A stretch of DNA of 64,000 nt from Eubacteriales bacterium (GCA_030532065.1 JAUNLW010000001.1:304132-368131); one strand, 5' to 3'. Shown: positions 41,169-50,432, numbered from the stretch's first letter. Numbers and translations: made by a program. Notes: a model not told the origin generated them from the letters alone.

Positions 41169-41784
41169 TTTGACCCAAGTGTATATCGAACTCTGTTCCG
41201 CCGAGCAGATGCTCCATCGCGCCAGCCCTTACTCAGCGGCCTATGATCTAAGATCCAGGGAAGAGTTGTGGCTCTCTCCCGGTGAGACTAAAGCGATTCC
41301 CACCGGTGTAAAGATGGCTTTACCGCCTGGATTTGAGCTGGAGGTTCGCCCCAGAAGTGGCCTTTCACTTAAGAGTCGTCTGCGCCTGGCAAATAGCCCT
41401 GGGACTATTGACGCGGATTTTCGTGGTGAGTTGATGATCATCATGGAAAATCGCTTTTGCCAAAGTGAGATCCCTCAGATTATCGCGGCGAACAGTCTTT
41501 TGTTAGAGCGCTTTGGACCTATAGCGGAGATCCTGAGTTTAGAGGCTTACTTAAAGACCAAGAGCGCTGATAAAAACATCACGCTGCCAGAAGAATTATC
41601 TTCTAGCCTGGTCTACCTGGATCAAGCTGGTAATTTGTGGGGAACTGAGCATATCCTGGCCCAGGAAAGAGTGGCTCAGGCCTTGGTAAAATCTCTGCAG
41701 GAAGTAAGCTTTAACCTGGTAGAAAGTGTTGCCGAAATAGGCTCAGACCGTGGTGGTGGCTTTGGCCACAGCGGCAGGATCTAA
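41149..41784 (+). CDS. dut: dUTP diphosphatase (trimeric type) with a long internal insertion
   Basis: Motif I AAYDL, motif II RPRSG, motif [13 protein letters not shown], motif IV ERVAQ and motif [10 protein letters not shown]. About 60 extra residues lie between motifs III and IV. Confidence 0.8.
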   Translation: MTLKPNNLTQVYIELCSAEQMLHRASPYSAAYDLRSREELWLSPGETKAIPTGVKMALPPGFELEVRPRSGLSLKSRLRLANSPGTIDADFRGELMIIMENRFCQSEIPQIIAANSLLLERFGPIAEILSLEAYLKTKSADKNITLPEELSSSLVYLDQAGNLWGTEHILAQERVAQALVKSLQEVSFNLVESVAEIGSDRGGGFGHSGRI

Positions 41785-41806
41785 GGCCACGCGGCAAGGT
41801 TTAGGG

Positions 41807-42820
41807 TCAGAACCAGATATTCAAAAAGTAAGCAATATCTTCAAGATACTTCTCTTTGTCCAGCAGATAACCATTTAAGTGGCCGGCTTGACCGATTTCG
41901 GTCAAATAGCTGGATTCTGCTTTTAGCCTGCCACATTCGTTAATAAAGGCGTCTACGGAAGCCTGAGGAATGGCGGTTTCTGGTAGATTACGTGTGACCA
42001 TGAGGGGAACATCGATATGGCCGAGCAGGGGGATGAGGTTTACGATCTCCGGTCCGCCAGAAGAGATGCGGACAATATCCGGCACAAAACGGTAGTAAAA
42101 GTTCTTTTGCAAGAAGGTTTCCTGCTTTAAGTCCGCGCGAATGTAATCATAGGCGGAAGCCACCGGTGTATCCAGGATGAAGCCGGTAATATCCTCACGT
42201 ACCAGCAAGGGATCATTGAGACTGGCGTTGGCTCTATCTTCTTCAGTGATTTCCTCAGGTAACTGTTCCCAGGTGAAAAGACAGGAAGTAGTTCCGCTGC
42301 CTATACCATAGAGCAAAAAGTCTTTGTGTCCAGAATAGGCATACATAGCACCCATGGCCGCGATTACGTCTTGGTATTCGCTATAGCCGTAAGAAGAGTT
42401 TTGACCGTCGGATTCACCGCTGTGCCTTTGGTCAAAGAGCAGGATGTTGAAGCCCTGGTCCAGAAAAAAATTGACCAGGTCCAGGGTGTCCAGGCCGTAC
42501 TCCAGTTTATCCAGCCCCTGGTGGTGGACTAAGATCAAATTACCTCTGAAATCTTCTTTGCTGGCAAAATACCAGCCTTTTAGCCTTAAGTCGCTGCCTT
42601 CTGGAGAAAAAGTGACCGGATCAAAGCGCGGCATGAGATGAGAAGCGATGAGATTGGCTTCTTTGCCCTCACGAGTCATGAGTGAGTTGGCGGCGCGAAA
42701 GAGGCTGGAGACCAGTCCCACAGCCACGATTAGAAGTACCAGGATAAGTGAAAATACCAGGATGAGCAGCTTTTTCCTGGGTTTCGTTTGATCGGAATTT
42801 AGATTGTATCTTCTATCCAT
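41807..42820 (-). CDS. Membrane-anchored alpha/beta-hydrolase-fold protein
   Basis: An N-terminal TM helix, an HHQG oxyanion-like region, a GxSxG-like nucleophile elbow (GIGSG) and a C-terminal GHL. The start is taken at ATG 42820, 10 nt after AGGAG. Confidence 0.6.
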   Translation of the reverse strand: MDRRYNLNSDQTKPRKKLLILVFSLILVLLIVAVGLVSSLFRAANSLMTREGKEANLIASHLMPRFDPVTFSPEGSDLRLKGWYFASKEDFRGNLILVHHQGLDKLEYGLDTLDLVNFFLDQGFNILLFDQRHSGESDGQNSSYGYSEYQDVIAAMGAMYAYSGHKDFLLYGIGSGTTSCLFTWEQLPEEITEEDRANASLNDPLLVREDITGFILDTPVASAYDYIRADLKQETFLQKNFYYRFVPDIVRISSGGPEIVNLIPLLGHIDVPLMVTRNLPETAIPQASVDAFINECGRLKAESSYLTEIGQAGHLNGYLLDKEKYLEDIAYFLNIWF

Positions 42821-42917
42821 TCTAAGCATGCTCCTATCCACTTCTTAACTAGTCGAGATTATAACATGCCACTAGTCTTTATGATAAAATCAAATGTTGA
42901 ATGTGAGGTGAAAAGCA

Positions 42918-43979
42918 ATGGCTGACTACATTTTAGGCATTGAATCTTCTTGTGACGAGACCGCGGCAGCTGTAGTGCGGGATGGCCGTAAACTTTGTTC
43001 TAATATTATCCGGAGTTCTGCTCCCATCCATGAGAAATATGGTGGGGTGGTACCGGAGATTGCTTCACGTTCACACTTAGAAGCTATCGTGCCGGTGGTG
43101 GCAGAAGCTCTATCTGAGGCCGGCATCTCATTTAGTGATCTTTCTGCAGTCGGAGTTTGTACCGGGCCTGGGCTATTAGGCTCACTCCTGGTAGGCGTAT
43201 CTGCCGCTAAGATGCTGGCTTTCGCGTCAGAAAAGCCTCTGATCTCTGTCCACCATCTGGCTGCCCATATTGCGGCCAATTACCTGGTCGCGCCGGAACT
43301 GGAACCGCCCTTCCTGGCTTTGGTAGTTTCCGGTGCTCACAGTCACATCGTGGCGGTTGACAGCTATACTAACTTTAGAATCTTAGCCCGCACGCGCGAT
43401 GACGCGCCCGGCGAAGCTTATGATAAGATCTCGCGTGAGATGGGCCTTGCCTATCCTGGTGGGCCAAAATTAGATAAATTGGCCAGGGAAGGCAATACTG
43501 AAGCGCTGGAACTGCCTCAGAGCTCTTTCCAGGACAGCTTGGACTTTTCTTTCTCCGGTATTAAGACAGCCAGTCTTAATGCGTTAAATAAGGCTAAACA
43601 GATGTCGCGCAGGCGACAGTGTACGCGCGAGCAGATCTTGAGCAACAAAGACCTGGCGGCGTCTTTCCAAAGCGCGGTGGTCAGTGTCCTAATCTCACAT
43701 CTGGAGCTGGCCTTAGATCAAGGTTCCTGGGAAAAGCTGGCCATTGCCGGTGGTGTGTCTGCCAATTCTCATCTTAGGGAAGAAGCAGAAGCTTTGGCAG
43801 AGAGAAGAGGTCTTAATTTGTACTTACCTCCGCTCAATTTGTGTACAGACAACGCGGCCATGACAGCTGCACAAGCTTATTACCAGTTCAGGGACAAGGA
43901 CTTCGCCCCTTTGAATCAAAACGCGACCGCCAACTGGGAACTGGGACAGAGCTTTCCCAAGACCAGGAAAAGGTTATAA
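42918..43979 (+). CDS. tsaD: tRNA N6-adenosine threonylcarbamoyltransferase
   Basis: ILGIESSCDET, HHLAAHI metal site, SGAHS, GGVSAN and CTDNAAM motifs. Confidence 0.93.
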   Translation: MADYILGIESSCDETAAAVVRDGRKLCSNIIRSSAPIHEKYGGVVPEIASRSHLEAIVPVVAEALSEAGISFSDLSAVGVCTGPGLLGSLLVGVSAAKMLAFASEKPLISVHHLAAHIAANYLVAPELEPPFLALVVSGAHSHIVAVDSYTNFRILARTRDDAPGEAYDKISREMGLAYPGGPKLDKLAREGNTEALELPQSSFQDSLDFSFSGIKTASLNALNKAKQMSRRRQCTREQILSNKDLAASFQSAVVSVLISHLELALDQGSWEKLAIAGGVSANSHLREEAEALAERRGLNLYLPPLNLCTDNAAMTAAQAYYQFRDKDFAPLNQNATANWELGQSFPKTRKRL

Positions 43980-44147
43980 ACCCAGCAGTGTGAGTTAAAT
44001 GTTAATAACTCGCCTCATAAACGGCCTAAACCCGGCAAAAATAGTGGATAAGTCTGTTAATAATGTGTATAAGTGCCGATTTTGTAGCTTTAGAGTGTTA
44101 TGGATGTAACAATTAAGTAAAGATAAGCTAAAGCAAGGAAAAAGATA

Positions 44148-44600
44148 ATGAGTAAAGAAGCAGTTAAACTAATTGTAAAAAATAGAAAAGCACATTTCGA
44201 ATATGAGCTCCTGGATCACTACGAGGCTGGTCTGGTCTTGACGGGTACAGAAGTTAAGTCTATCCGTCAGGGCAAAGTCAGCTTACAGGAGTCCTATATC
44301 AGTATTGAAAGAGGAGAGGCCTATATCCGCGGTATGCACATCGCTCCCTATGAGCAGGGTAACCGCTTTAACCCCGATCCGGATCGCAAACGAAAGCTAC
44401 TTTTGCATAAAAGAGAGATCTACCAACTCCGGACCAAGGTCCAACAGGACGGTTTGACCATTGTGCCGGTGAAACTTTATTTCAAGAACGGCAAGGTAAA
44501 GCTGGAGATCGCATTGGGACGCGGTAAGAAACTCTACGACAAGCGTGAGTCGATCAAGAGGCGTGAGCAGGAAAGAGCCTTGGCCCGTGGTGGCTATTAA
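44148..44600 (+). CDS. smpB: SsrA-binding protein
   Basis: Contains NRKAHFEYE, GTEVKS and LLLHKREI. About 150 aa, with the tmRNA gene downstream. Confidence 0.95.
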   Translation: MSKEAVKLIVKNRKAHFEYELLDHYEAGLVLTGTEVKSIRQGKVSLQESYISIERGEAYIRGMHIAPYEQGNRFNPDPDRKRKLLLHKREIYQLRTKVQQDGLTIVPVKLYFKNGKVKLEIALGRGKKLYDKRESIKRREQERALARGGY

Positions 44601-44672
44601 TCAGGACGGCTAAATCATAGAAAAACGAGGTTTTTTGCGCTAAGCTAACAAGAGGGGAAGGAGGGAGCTACC

Positions 44673-45800
44673 GTGTCCAGGATCAAGGTTTGTGGCATGA
44701 CTCAGGCGGGTACCAGTAAGCGTGTCAATGAGGACAGCTTTTTGCTGGCTAATAAGATCTATCCTGATACCCTTAACGCGCGTGAGCAGAGGATCAATGT
44801 CTCTGACGATTACTGGCAGGTCTACTCATTGACAGACGGTATCGGTGGCCCAGGCGTGGGCGATATTTCCAGCCGCCTGGTCCAATCCTACCTGATTGAG
44901 TCCGCCAGCGAATTACCTCTCCTGGATCCGTACAGTTTTGACTTTGTCTCCTATGCCCAGGCTTTTCTGGGTAAGGCCGATCAAGCTTTACAGCAACGTC
45001 TGAGGAGAAATCCTGATCCAGCTGGCTGCTCCTTTGCCATGTTGCTCTTTGCCGGTGATAGCTGCTACAGCTTAAGCATCGGAAATTGCCGTATCTATCT
45101 CTACCGCGAGCAAAAGCTCTACCGCATGACCAAAGACCATGTACTACCGGATGACAGCGATTCCAGGCCGCTCTTGTTCTTGGGTAACCATCCTGGCGTG
45201 CATCACTTAAGGGCGCAAAATTTGCGTACCATGAAGATTAGGCCGGGTGACTGCTTTTTCCTGATGTCAGATGGTGTGACTTCAGCTCTAAGTGACCAGG
45301 ATATCCAGTGGGTTTTGGATAAACCTTCACCCATTCAGTCCTACGTGGAAAGCCTTTTCCTGAATGCAAGGCGTTATGACGCGAGAGATAATCAGTCGAT
45401 TCTGGGCCTTGAGGTAGACAGCTTAAGGGCTTTCTCAAGACCTGACCCTCAAATGGACCTGGCGACAAGCGCAACGCTAACAGCGCCGGAAAGCCAAGCC
45501 CTAACTAGTGAGTATCATTTGTCTCAGCTGGCAGAAGATACTTTCCAGGCCACGCTGACCAGCGCGACACAGATTAACCTTGGGTTAGCGGGAACGCAGC
45601 AGATCAATCTCGGTCAGTTACGGGAACAATCCACGCCACGTCAGAACTACGCCCAGCCGCAAGACAGAAGGCTACGGGGAAATGAGTCACAAAACAGTTC
45701 CGGCTTCATCATGGGTTTTCTGGACCAACACTCAAGACCCTTGATCTTGTTCCTCTTAGTCCTATTGATTATCTTATTTATTCTCTTGTTACTTAAGTAA
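44673..45800 (+). CDS. PP2C-like phosphatase domain protein with Q-rich linker and C-terminal TM anchor
   Basis: Contains NEDSF, TDGIGGPG, LMSDGV and DNQS. The last ~25 aa are strongly hydrophobic (LILFLLVLLIILFILLLL). GTG start behind AGGAGGG. Confidence 0.7.
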   Translation: MSRIKVCGMTQAGTSKRVNEDSFLLANKIYPDTLNAREQRINVSDDYWQVYSLTDGIGGPGVGDISSRLVQSYLIESASELPLLDPYSFDFVSYAQAFLGKADQALQQRLRRNPDPAGCSFAMLLFAGDSCYSLSIGNCRIYLYREQKLYRMTKDHVLPDDSDSRPLLFLGNHPGVHHLRAQNLRTMKIRPGDCFFLMSDGVTSALSDQDIQWVLDKPSPIQSYVESLFLNARRYDARDNQSILGLEVDSLRAFSRPDPQMDLATSATLTAPESQALTSEYHLSQLAEDTFQATLTSATQINLGLAGTQQINLGQLREQSTPRQNYAQPQDRRLRGNESQNSSGFIMGFLDQHSRPLILFLLVLLIILFILLLLK

Positions 45801-45896
45801 CCGCTAAGCGCTTGGTATCTAGGTTCCTGGAGTTTTGCCGCTAACTAGTGTTAAAATACAGTTAAAGCTTCAGGTATACCCTGTGCTAATAAAGAC

Positions 45897-46273
45897 GGGG
45901 ATGCACTGGTTTCGACGGGATCGTTGAACTTAGGGAAGCGGGCAGAGGGCCCCGTTGGCCTCTATAAAAAACGGGACAATTATAAATGCCAATAAACCGG
46001 CTTTAGCAGCTGCATAACCATGCCTGCCGTGGAACTAGCTATATCTGCGTACTAGACCTCCACGTTAAGGAGCAGACCTTACCCCTTAGAGGTCAAAGGG
46101 GCAAACGAGTGGCCTAAGCTTTGCCGCCACTTTGTACTTATGAAGCTACCGGCGATCGGCCGCCCTGCCATTAGGGTTCTGATCAAGGGGAATACTCTAA
46201 AATAATGGCTGCGCCCGGAGAAGACTAAGCGATTTGGTTTCGGACAGGGGTTCGATTCCCCTCATCTCCACCA
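45897..46273 (+). ncRNA. ssrA: tmRNA (transfer-messenger RNA)
   Basis: The 5' end GGGGATGCACTGGTTTCGACGGGA pairs with the 3' acceptor/T-arm GGACAGGGGTTCGATTCCCCTCATCTCCACCA. The internal tag ORF GCC AAT AAA CCG GCT TTA GCA GCT GCA TAA (45988-46017) encodes ANKPALAAA. It lies downstream of smpB. Confidence 0.93.
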
Positions 46274-46280
46274 GATAAGG

Positions 46281-46314
46281 AAGCAGATATTGATAGAATA
46301 ATATCTGCTTTTCT
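46281..46314 (+). terminator. Rho-independent terminator of ssrA
   Basis: Perfect 11-bp arms AAGCAGATATT / AATATCTGCTT with an 8-nt loop, followed by TTCTT. Confidence 0.75.
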
Positions 46315-46368
46315 TATGCCTTAAAACCCTTGAAATCAAGGTGTTTCGGCGTTTCATGATAAAAACAA

Positions 46369-46398
46369 GCCCGCCTCGGAGCAGATTCTGAGGCGGGT
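46369..46398. terminator. Second, bidirectional hairpin terminator
   Basis: CCCGCCTC ... GAGGCGGG, flanked by AAAAA upstream and TTTT downstream. Confidence 0.6.
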
Positions 46399-47016
46399 TT
46401 TGTCGTTCTAAGCAGGCGTGGCGGAGAGGCTTAAATGTAAAGGTTTGCTTTGTGGAGTATTCGTTTGCTTTATCAAAATGTGAAATTGATTCATAATATT
46501 TTTTCGGTTGTGCCATATTGCTACATCTCTATTCGTTCGAATTTTTAAAAAGACTTTTATTATATGTAGATAATGATGGGAAAATACTGCGACAAATGCG
46601 GCAGTGAACATTTAGCAGATATAAAAATAATTGCTAATTATAATTGTATTCATAATATTAATGTAGATCGCAAAAATAATTGTTAAAAGAATTCAATTAC
46701 AATCTCGCTGTGTTATAATTAAAAATATATAATTTTAGTAATCAAGCACAAGAAGATCTGCAGTTTCGGATAAAAAAGTGAAAGTTCCGATGGAACACTT
46801 TAATATTAGGAATCGATGTTAATAAAGAAGCGTTTTACAATACCAAAGATAAATTTTGTATCTGTCATAATGATGTAATTATGCCTCAAAATGTGAAAAA
46901 GAAAGCTGCGAAATATTAGCGTGATAAACTACCAGAGGTGGATGCAGTAATCGCTGGACACGGAGATAAAATCTTAGAAAAGGAATAAGAAACCTAAAAT
47001 AAATCGGAGGAGCAAT

Positions 47017-49107
47017 ATGGCTATACCAAAAATCAAAAAACAGGATATCGTTGATGCCTTAAAGTATATCGATGAGAACGGAGTGCCTTTCCATAACCAA
47101 AGTATGAAATATGAACTTGTGACTGAGGACGGAAAACGGTACCCACCCAAATATGTGGTGGCCGTAGCTGACCATTTGGCAAACGGTACGGGTATTTCTA
47201 CAGAAGGCTTCAACACCGTAGAAGCAAATAGTTATCTGGAAGCTCAGGGTTTTACCATCGAGGCAAAGCAGCAGGTGAAATTTGAACTGTCCGTTACCGC
47301 TGAGAGCGTGGAATCAACGGATGAGCGGTTCACGATGGATAACCTGAGCCTCGGAGATAACTATAAGCCTCTTGATGTCTATTTTAAGAAGGCTAATGGC
47401 GAAATTGTCAAACGTTCTTATAGCAAGGGTGAAAGAAGGAATTCCAATCAGACCATGCCGCGCATCGCTTTCCAGGTGTTTGAGAAGCAAATCTCGGCTA
47501 TGTCAGTTGAAGACAAAGAATCTTTTCCTACATGCAAGTACAATCCAAACAGCGATATGATTCGCGGCATTTTCACAAGCGTAGATGAGTTTATGAAACA
47601 TCGCAACTCTATAGAGTATCTGACCTACAGCTACGATAACGGTAGGCAATTTGTTATTTATTGCTGGAATATATTCTCCACGATTATCTTCGTCCAGGAG
47701 TGCTTAAAGCGTTTTGGTGCGCCGGGCGATCAGTTTATCCTTACATATCGCGAGAAGGATGAGAAAGAAACAGAGGCCTCAGAGACAGAGGCTGCGGTGC
47801 AGGAAGAACTTGTGCAGCAGTTCAAAGGGTATAGAAATCCCTTCTCCTCTATGTTGGTTGTATCAAAGAATCTGATATTCAGAGGTGCGCCGGGTACAGG
47901 CAAGTCGTATCTTGCAAAAGAAATCGCTGCAGATATCATCAGCAATGGATACTTTGATGATTACACGCTCCTTACCGATGAGCAGAAGAAGCAGGTGGAG
48001 TTTGTGCAGTTCCATCCAAGCTACGACTACTCTGATTTTGTTGAAGGACTGCGTCCGAAGGTAAACGATGACGGCACTATGGGATTTGAATTGCAGGACG
48101 GCATTTTCAAAAAATTTGTAGCCCGCGCAAGGAAAAATTATGAGGATTCCCAAAAATCCAAAGAAACTATTGAAAAGGAAATCTCCATTCAGGAAGCTAT
48201 GACGGATTTCTTTTCCAATATCGAACTTGGCGTGGATACATTTAAGACTATAAATGGCAATGAGTTCACCGTTACCAGCGTGGATGACCATCACATTAAT
48301 ATATCTATACCAAGGAATGCTACTTTCAACAGACTCACCTTAAATCTGGATGATATAAGGAAGATGCTGGAATCCGGGCAGAAGTTCGACAAGATAAAGG
48401 ATATTACGGCCTTCTTCGGAAAAACATTTGCTACGCCGGCATACTCCTATGACTTCGTAATTTACAAAGCAATAAAGGCGAAGCAAGGCACAGCTTCAAA
48501 AGCAAAAGCAAAGCAGGAAGAACTTAAGAAATACATTTTCATTATCGATGAAATCAACCGTGGTGAAATTTCAAAGATATTCGGTGAACTGTTCTTCGCG
48601 ATAGACCCCGGGTATCGCGGCAGAGCCGGAGAAATCTCCACGCAGTATTCCAATCTGCATTCCGATCCGGATGTGAAGTTCTACATCCCTGACAATGTTT
48701 ACATCATCGGCACCATGAATGATATTGACCGTTCTGTGGACAGCTTTGATTTTGCTATGCGTCGCAGATTCCGTTTCGTGGAACTTAGAGCAGATGAGCG
48801 TCTTGAAATGCTGGCTTCTCTTGAAAATGAGGAACTTGAAGCTGAAGCAATTAGAAGGATGGCAGCTCTCAATAAGGAGATTGCAGCTGTGGAGGATTTG
48901 AACGAAAACTATCAGATTGGCGCATCTTACTTCCTGAAGCTGAAGAATCTTGACTTCGACCAGCTTTGGACGGATTACCTGCAGCCTCTTTTGCAGGAAT
49001 ACATCCAGGGAATGTACGATGAAGAAGGAATTATGAACAGGTTTTCAAAAGCCTACGGTTATCAAAAGCCTGCCAAAGGTGATGTGAATGAAACTACTCA
49101 AGATTAA
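47017..49107 (+). CDS. mcrB: McrB-family AAA+ GTPase (type IV restriction motor subunit) with an unassigned N-terminal region of about 290 aa
   Basis: The C-terminal half has Walker A GAPGTGKS, Walker B/McrB signature IIDEINRGEISKIFGELF, GTMNDIDRSV (the MNxxDRS motif) and FAMRRRF. ATG sits behind GGAGGAG. The ORF overlaps the downstream mcrC-like ORF by 20 nt. Confidence 0.85.
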   Translation: MAIPKIKKQDIVDALKYIDENGVPFHNQSMKYELVTEDGKRYPPKYVVAVADHLANGTGISTEGFNTVEANSYLEAQGFTIEAKQQVKFELSVTAESVESTDERFTMDNLSLGDNYKPLDVYFKKANGEIVKRSYSKGERRNSNQTMPRIAFQVFEKQISAMSVEDKESFPTCKYNPNSDMIRGIFTSVDEFMKHRNSIEYLTYSYDNGRQFVIYCWNIFSTIIFVQECLKRFGAPGDQFILTYREKDEKETEASETEAAVQEELVQQFKGYRNPFSSMLVVSKNLIFRGAPGTGKSYLAKEIAADIISNGYFDDYTLLTDEQKKQVEFVQFHPSYDYSDFVEGLRPKVNDDGTMGFELQDGIFKKFVARARKNYEDSQKSKETIEKEISIQEAMTDFFSNIELGVDTFKTINGNEFTVTSVDDHHINISIPRNATFNRLTLNLDDIRKMLESGQKFDKIKDITAFFGKTFATPAYSYDFVIYKAIKAKQGTASKAKAKQEELKKYIFIIDEINRGEISKIFGELFFAIDPGYRGRAGEISTQYSNLHSDPDVKFYIPDNVYIIGTMNDIDRSVDSFDFAMRRRFRFVELRADERLEMLASLENEELEAEAIRRMAALNKEIAAVEDLNENYQIGASYFLKLKNLDFDQLWTDYLQPLLQEYIQGMYDEEGIMNRFSKAYGYQKPAKGDVNETTQD

Positions 49108-50404
49108 GGATAACTCACAACAAAAAAAAGATGCCTTTTCTAACATCGGTACTCTCACGGGCAGGATTGCAGACAAGACATTGGAGCAACTTGAATGCGA
49201 AGGTGTATTCGTGTTCCCCGAAATCGTCAAGGATGCGGAGGATATAACGCGGAATCAGATGATAATCCAAAGCGTTAACAATACTTACCGTTCCGGCAAT
49301 GTGATGGGATTTCTTGGCTGTGGGGATGAACGGCTAATCATTGAGTCGCGCTTTAGCGGAGATGAGGAGGATTATTTTTTTCAGTATCTTCTTGACCAAG
49401 TTTTGGATTTCCCCAATATTGTGGATTTGGAGTCTGATGCCAATCAGGATAACCGTTTGTTTAATTTCCTGCTCTTCCTGTTTCCGTATTATCTTAAAAC
49501 GGCAATGCGAAAGGGCTTATTCAAACGATATACTCGCCACAGATACAATGATGAGAATGTAAAGGGTTCAATCGATGTTGCGAGACACATCGAGAAAAAC
49601 ACTCCTTTTATCGGAAGCGTAGCATATAGCCGGCGAGAATTCTCATACGATAACAGCTTGACGGAATTGGTGCGGCATACTATTGAATTTATCAAAAGAA
49701 AGCCTTATGGGAACAAAATCCTTATCAAGGTGAAGGACGAAGTAAAACTCGTCTTACATGCCACACCGGGATACGAGCCATATGACCGGCAGCGAATCAT
49801 TGAGGAGAATAAAAAGAATACTGTCGGCCATGCGTATTACCGCGAATACCTCGCTTTGCAGCGGCTGTGCCTTTTGATTCTTCGCCATCAAAAATATCAA
49901 ATTGGATCAGGAACGAAACAGATTTACGGCATACTGTTTGACGGTGCTTGGCTATGGGAGGAGTATGTCAATTCGCTTATTGAGGATGTGTTTTATCATC
50001 CGATGAATAAAGGTGGTAAAGGAGCCCAGCGTCTGTTTGACGGGAATATCGGTCTTATCTACCCCGACTTCATCAGCAGGAACAATAAGGTAAGAATAAT
50101 CGCAGACGCCAAGTACAAGCCGATGGATAATATAGGTAATCGGGACTATTTGCAGGTGTTGGCATATATGTTCAGATTCGATGCCAAAGCAGGATATTAT
50201 CTTTACCCAGAGGCTGAAGACTCTGACGATTTGAAATTATGGATGAATCGCGGCTCGACCTACGAGGCTAATGTTATGCCACGAGATGATATCAGCATTA
50301 CAAAACACGGTTTGAAAATCCCTGTGGATGAGCCTGACTATGCCGGATTTGTGGCGAGGATGAAGGCTCACGAACGGGAGTTTATAAGTGTATTCTCTGT
50401 TTAA
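49088..50404 (+). CDS. mcrC: McrC-family PD-(D/E)xK nuclease subunit
   Basis: 438 aa, with a start overlapping (likely translationally coupled to) the McrB-like ORF. The C-terminal nuclease motif is IYPDF-x11-IIADAKYK (D...D-A-K). Confidence 0.8.
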   Translation: MKLLKIKDNSQQKKDAFSNIGTLTGRIADKTLEQLECEGVFVFPEIVKDAEDITRNQMIIQSVNNTYRSGNVMGFLGCGDERLIIESRFSGDEEDYFFQYLLDQVLDFPNIVDLESDANQDNRLFNFLLFLFPYYLKTAMRKGLFKRYTRHRYNDENVKGSIDVARHIEKNTPFIGSVAYSRREFSYDNSLTELVRHTIEFIKRKPYGNKILIKVKDEVKLVLHATPGYEPYDRQRIIEENKKNTVGHAYYREYLALQRLCLLILRHQKYQIGSGTKQIYGILFDGAWLWEEYVNSLIEDVFYHPMNKGGKGAQRLFDGNIGLIYPDFISRNNKVRIIADAKYKPMDNIGNRDYLQVLAYMFRFDAKAGYYLYPEAEDSDDLKLWMNRGSTYEANVMPRDDISITKHGLKIPVDEPDYAGFVARMKAHEREFISVFSV

Positions 50405-50432
50405 TGGAAAAGTAGTTGAGAAGGAGGATTCT

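Noticed and set aside
44043-44072. Two DnaA-box-like 9-mers (AGTGGATAA and TGTGTATAA) upstream of smpB
   Set aside because: There are only two boxes, each has a mismatch, and there is no AT-rich unwinding element or dnaA/dnaN context. This is compatible with chance.
46262-46516. 84-aa minus-strand ORF, including a PLRHA string that could hint at a tyrosine-recombinase remnant
   Set aside because: The ORF reads through two terminator hairpins and into the tmRNA 3' end. The recombinase-like string is too short and lacks the surrounding box motifs and catalytic Tyr context. I treat it as spurious.
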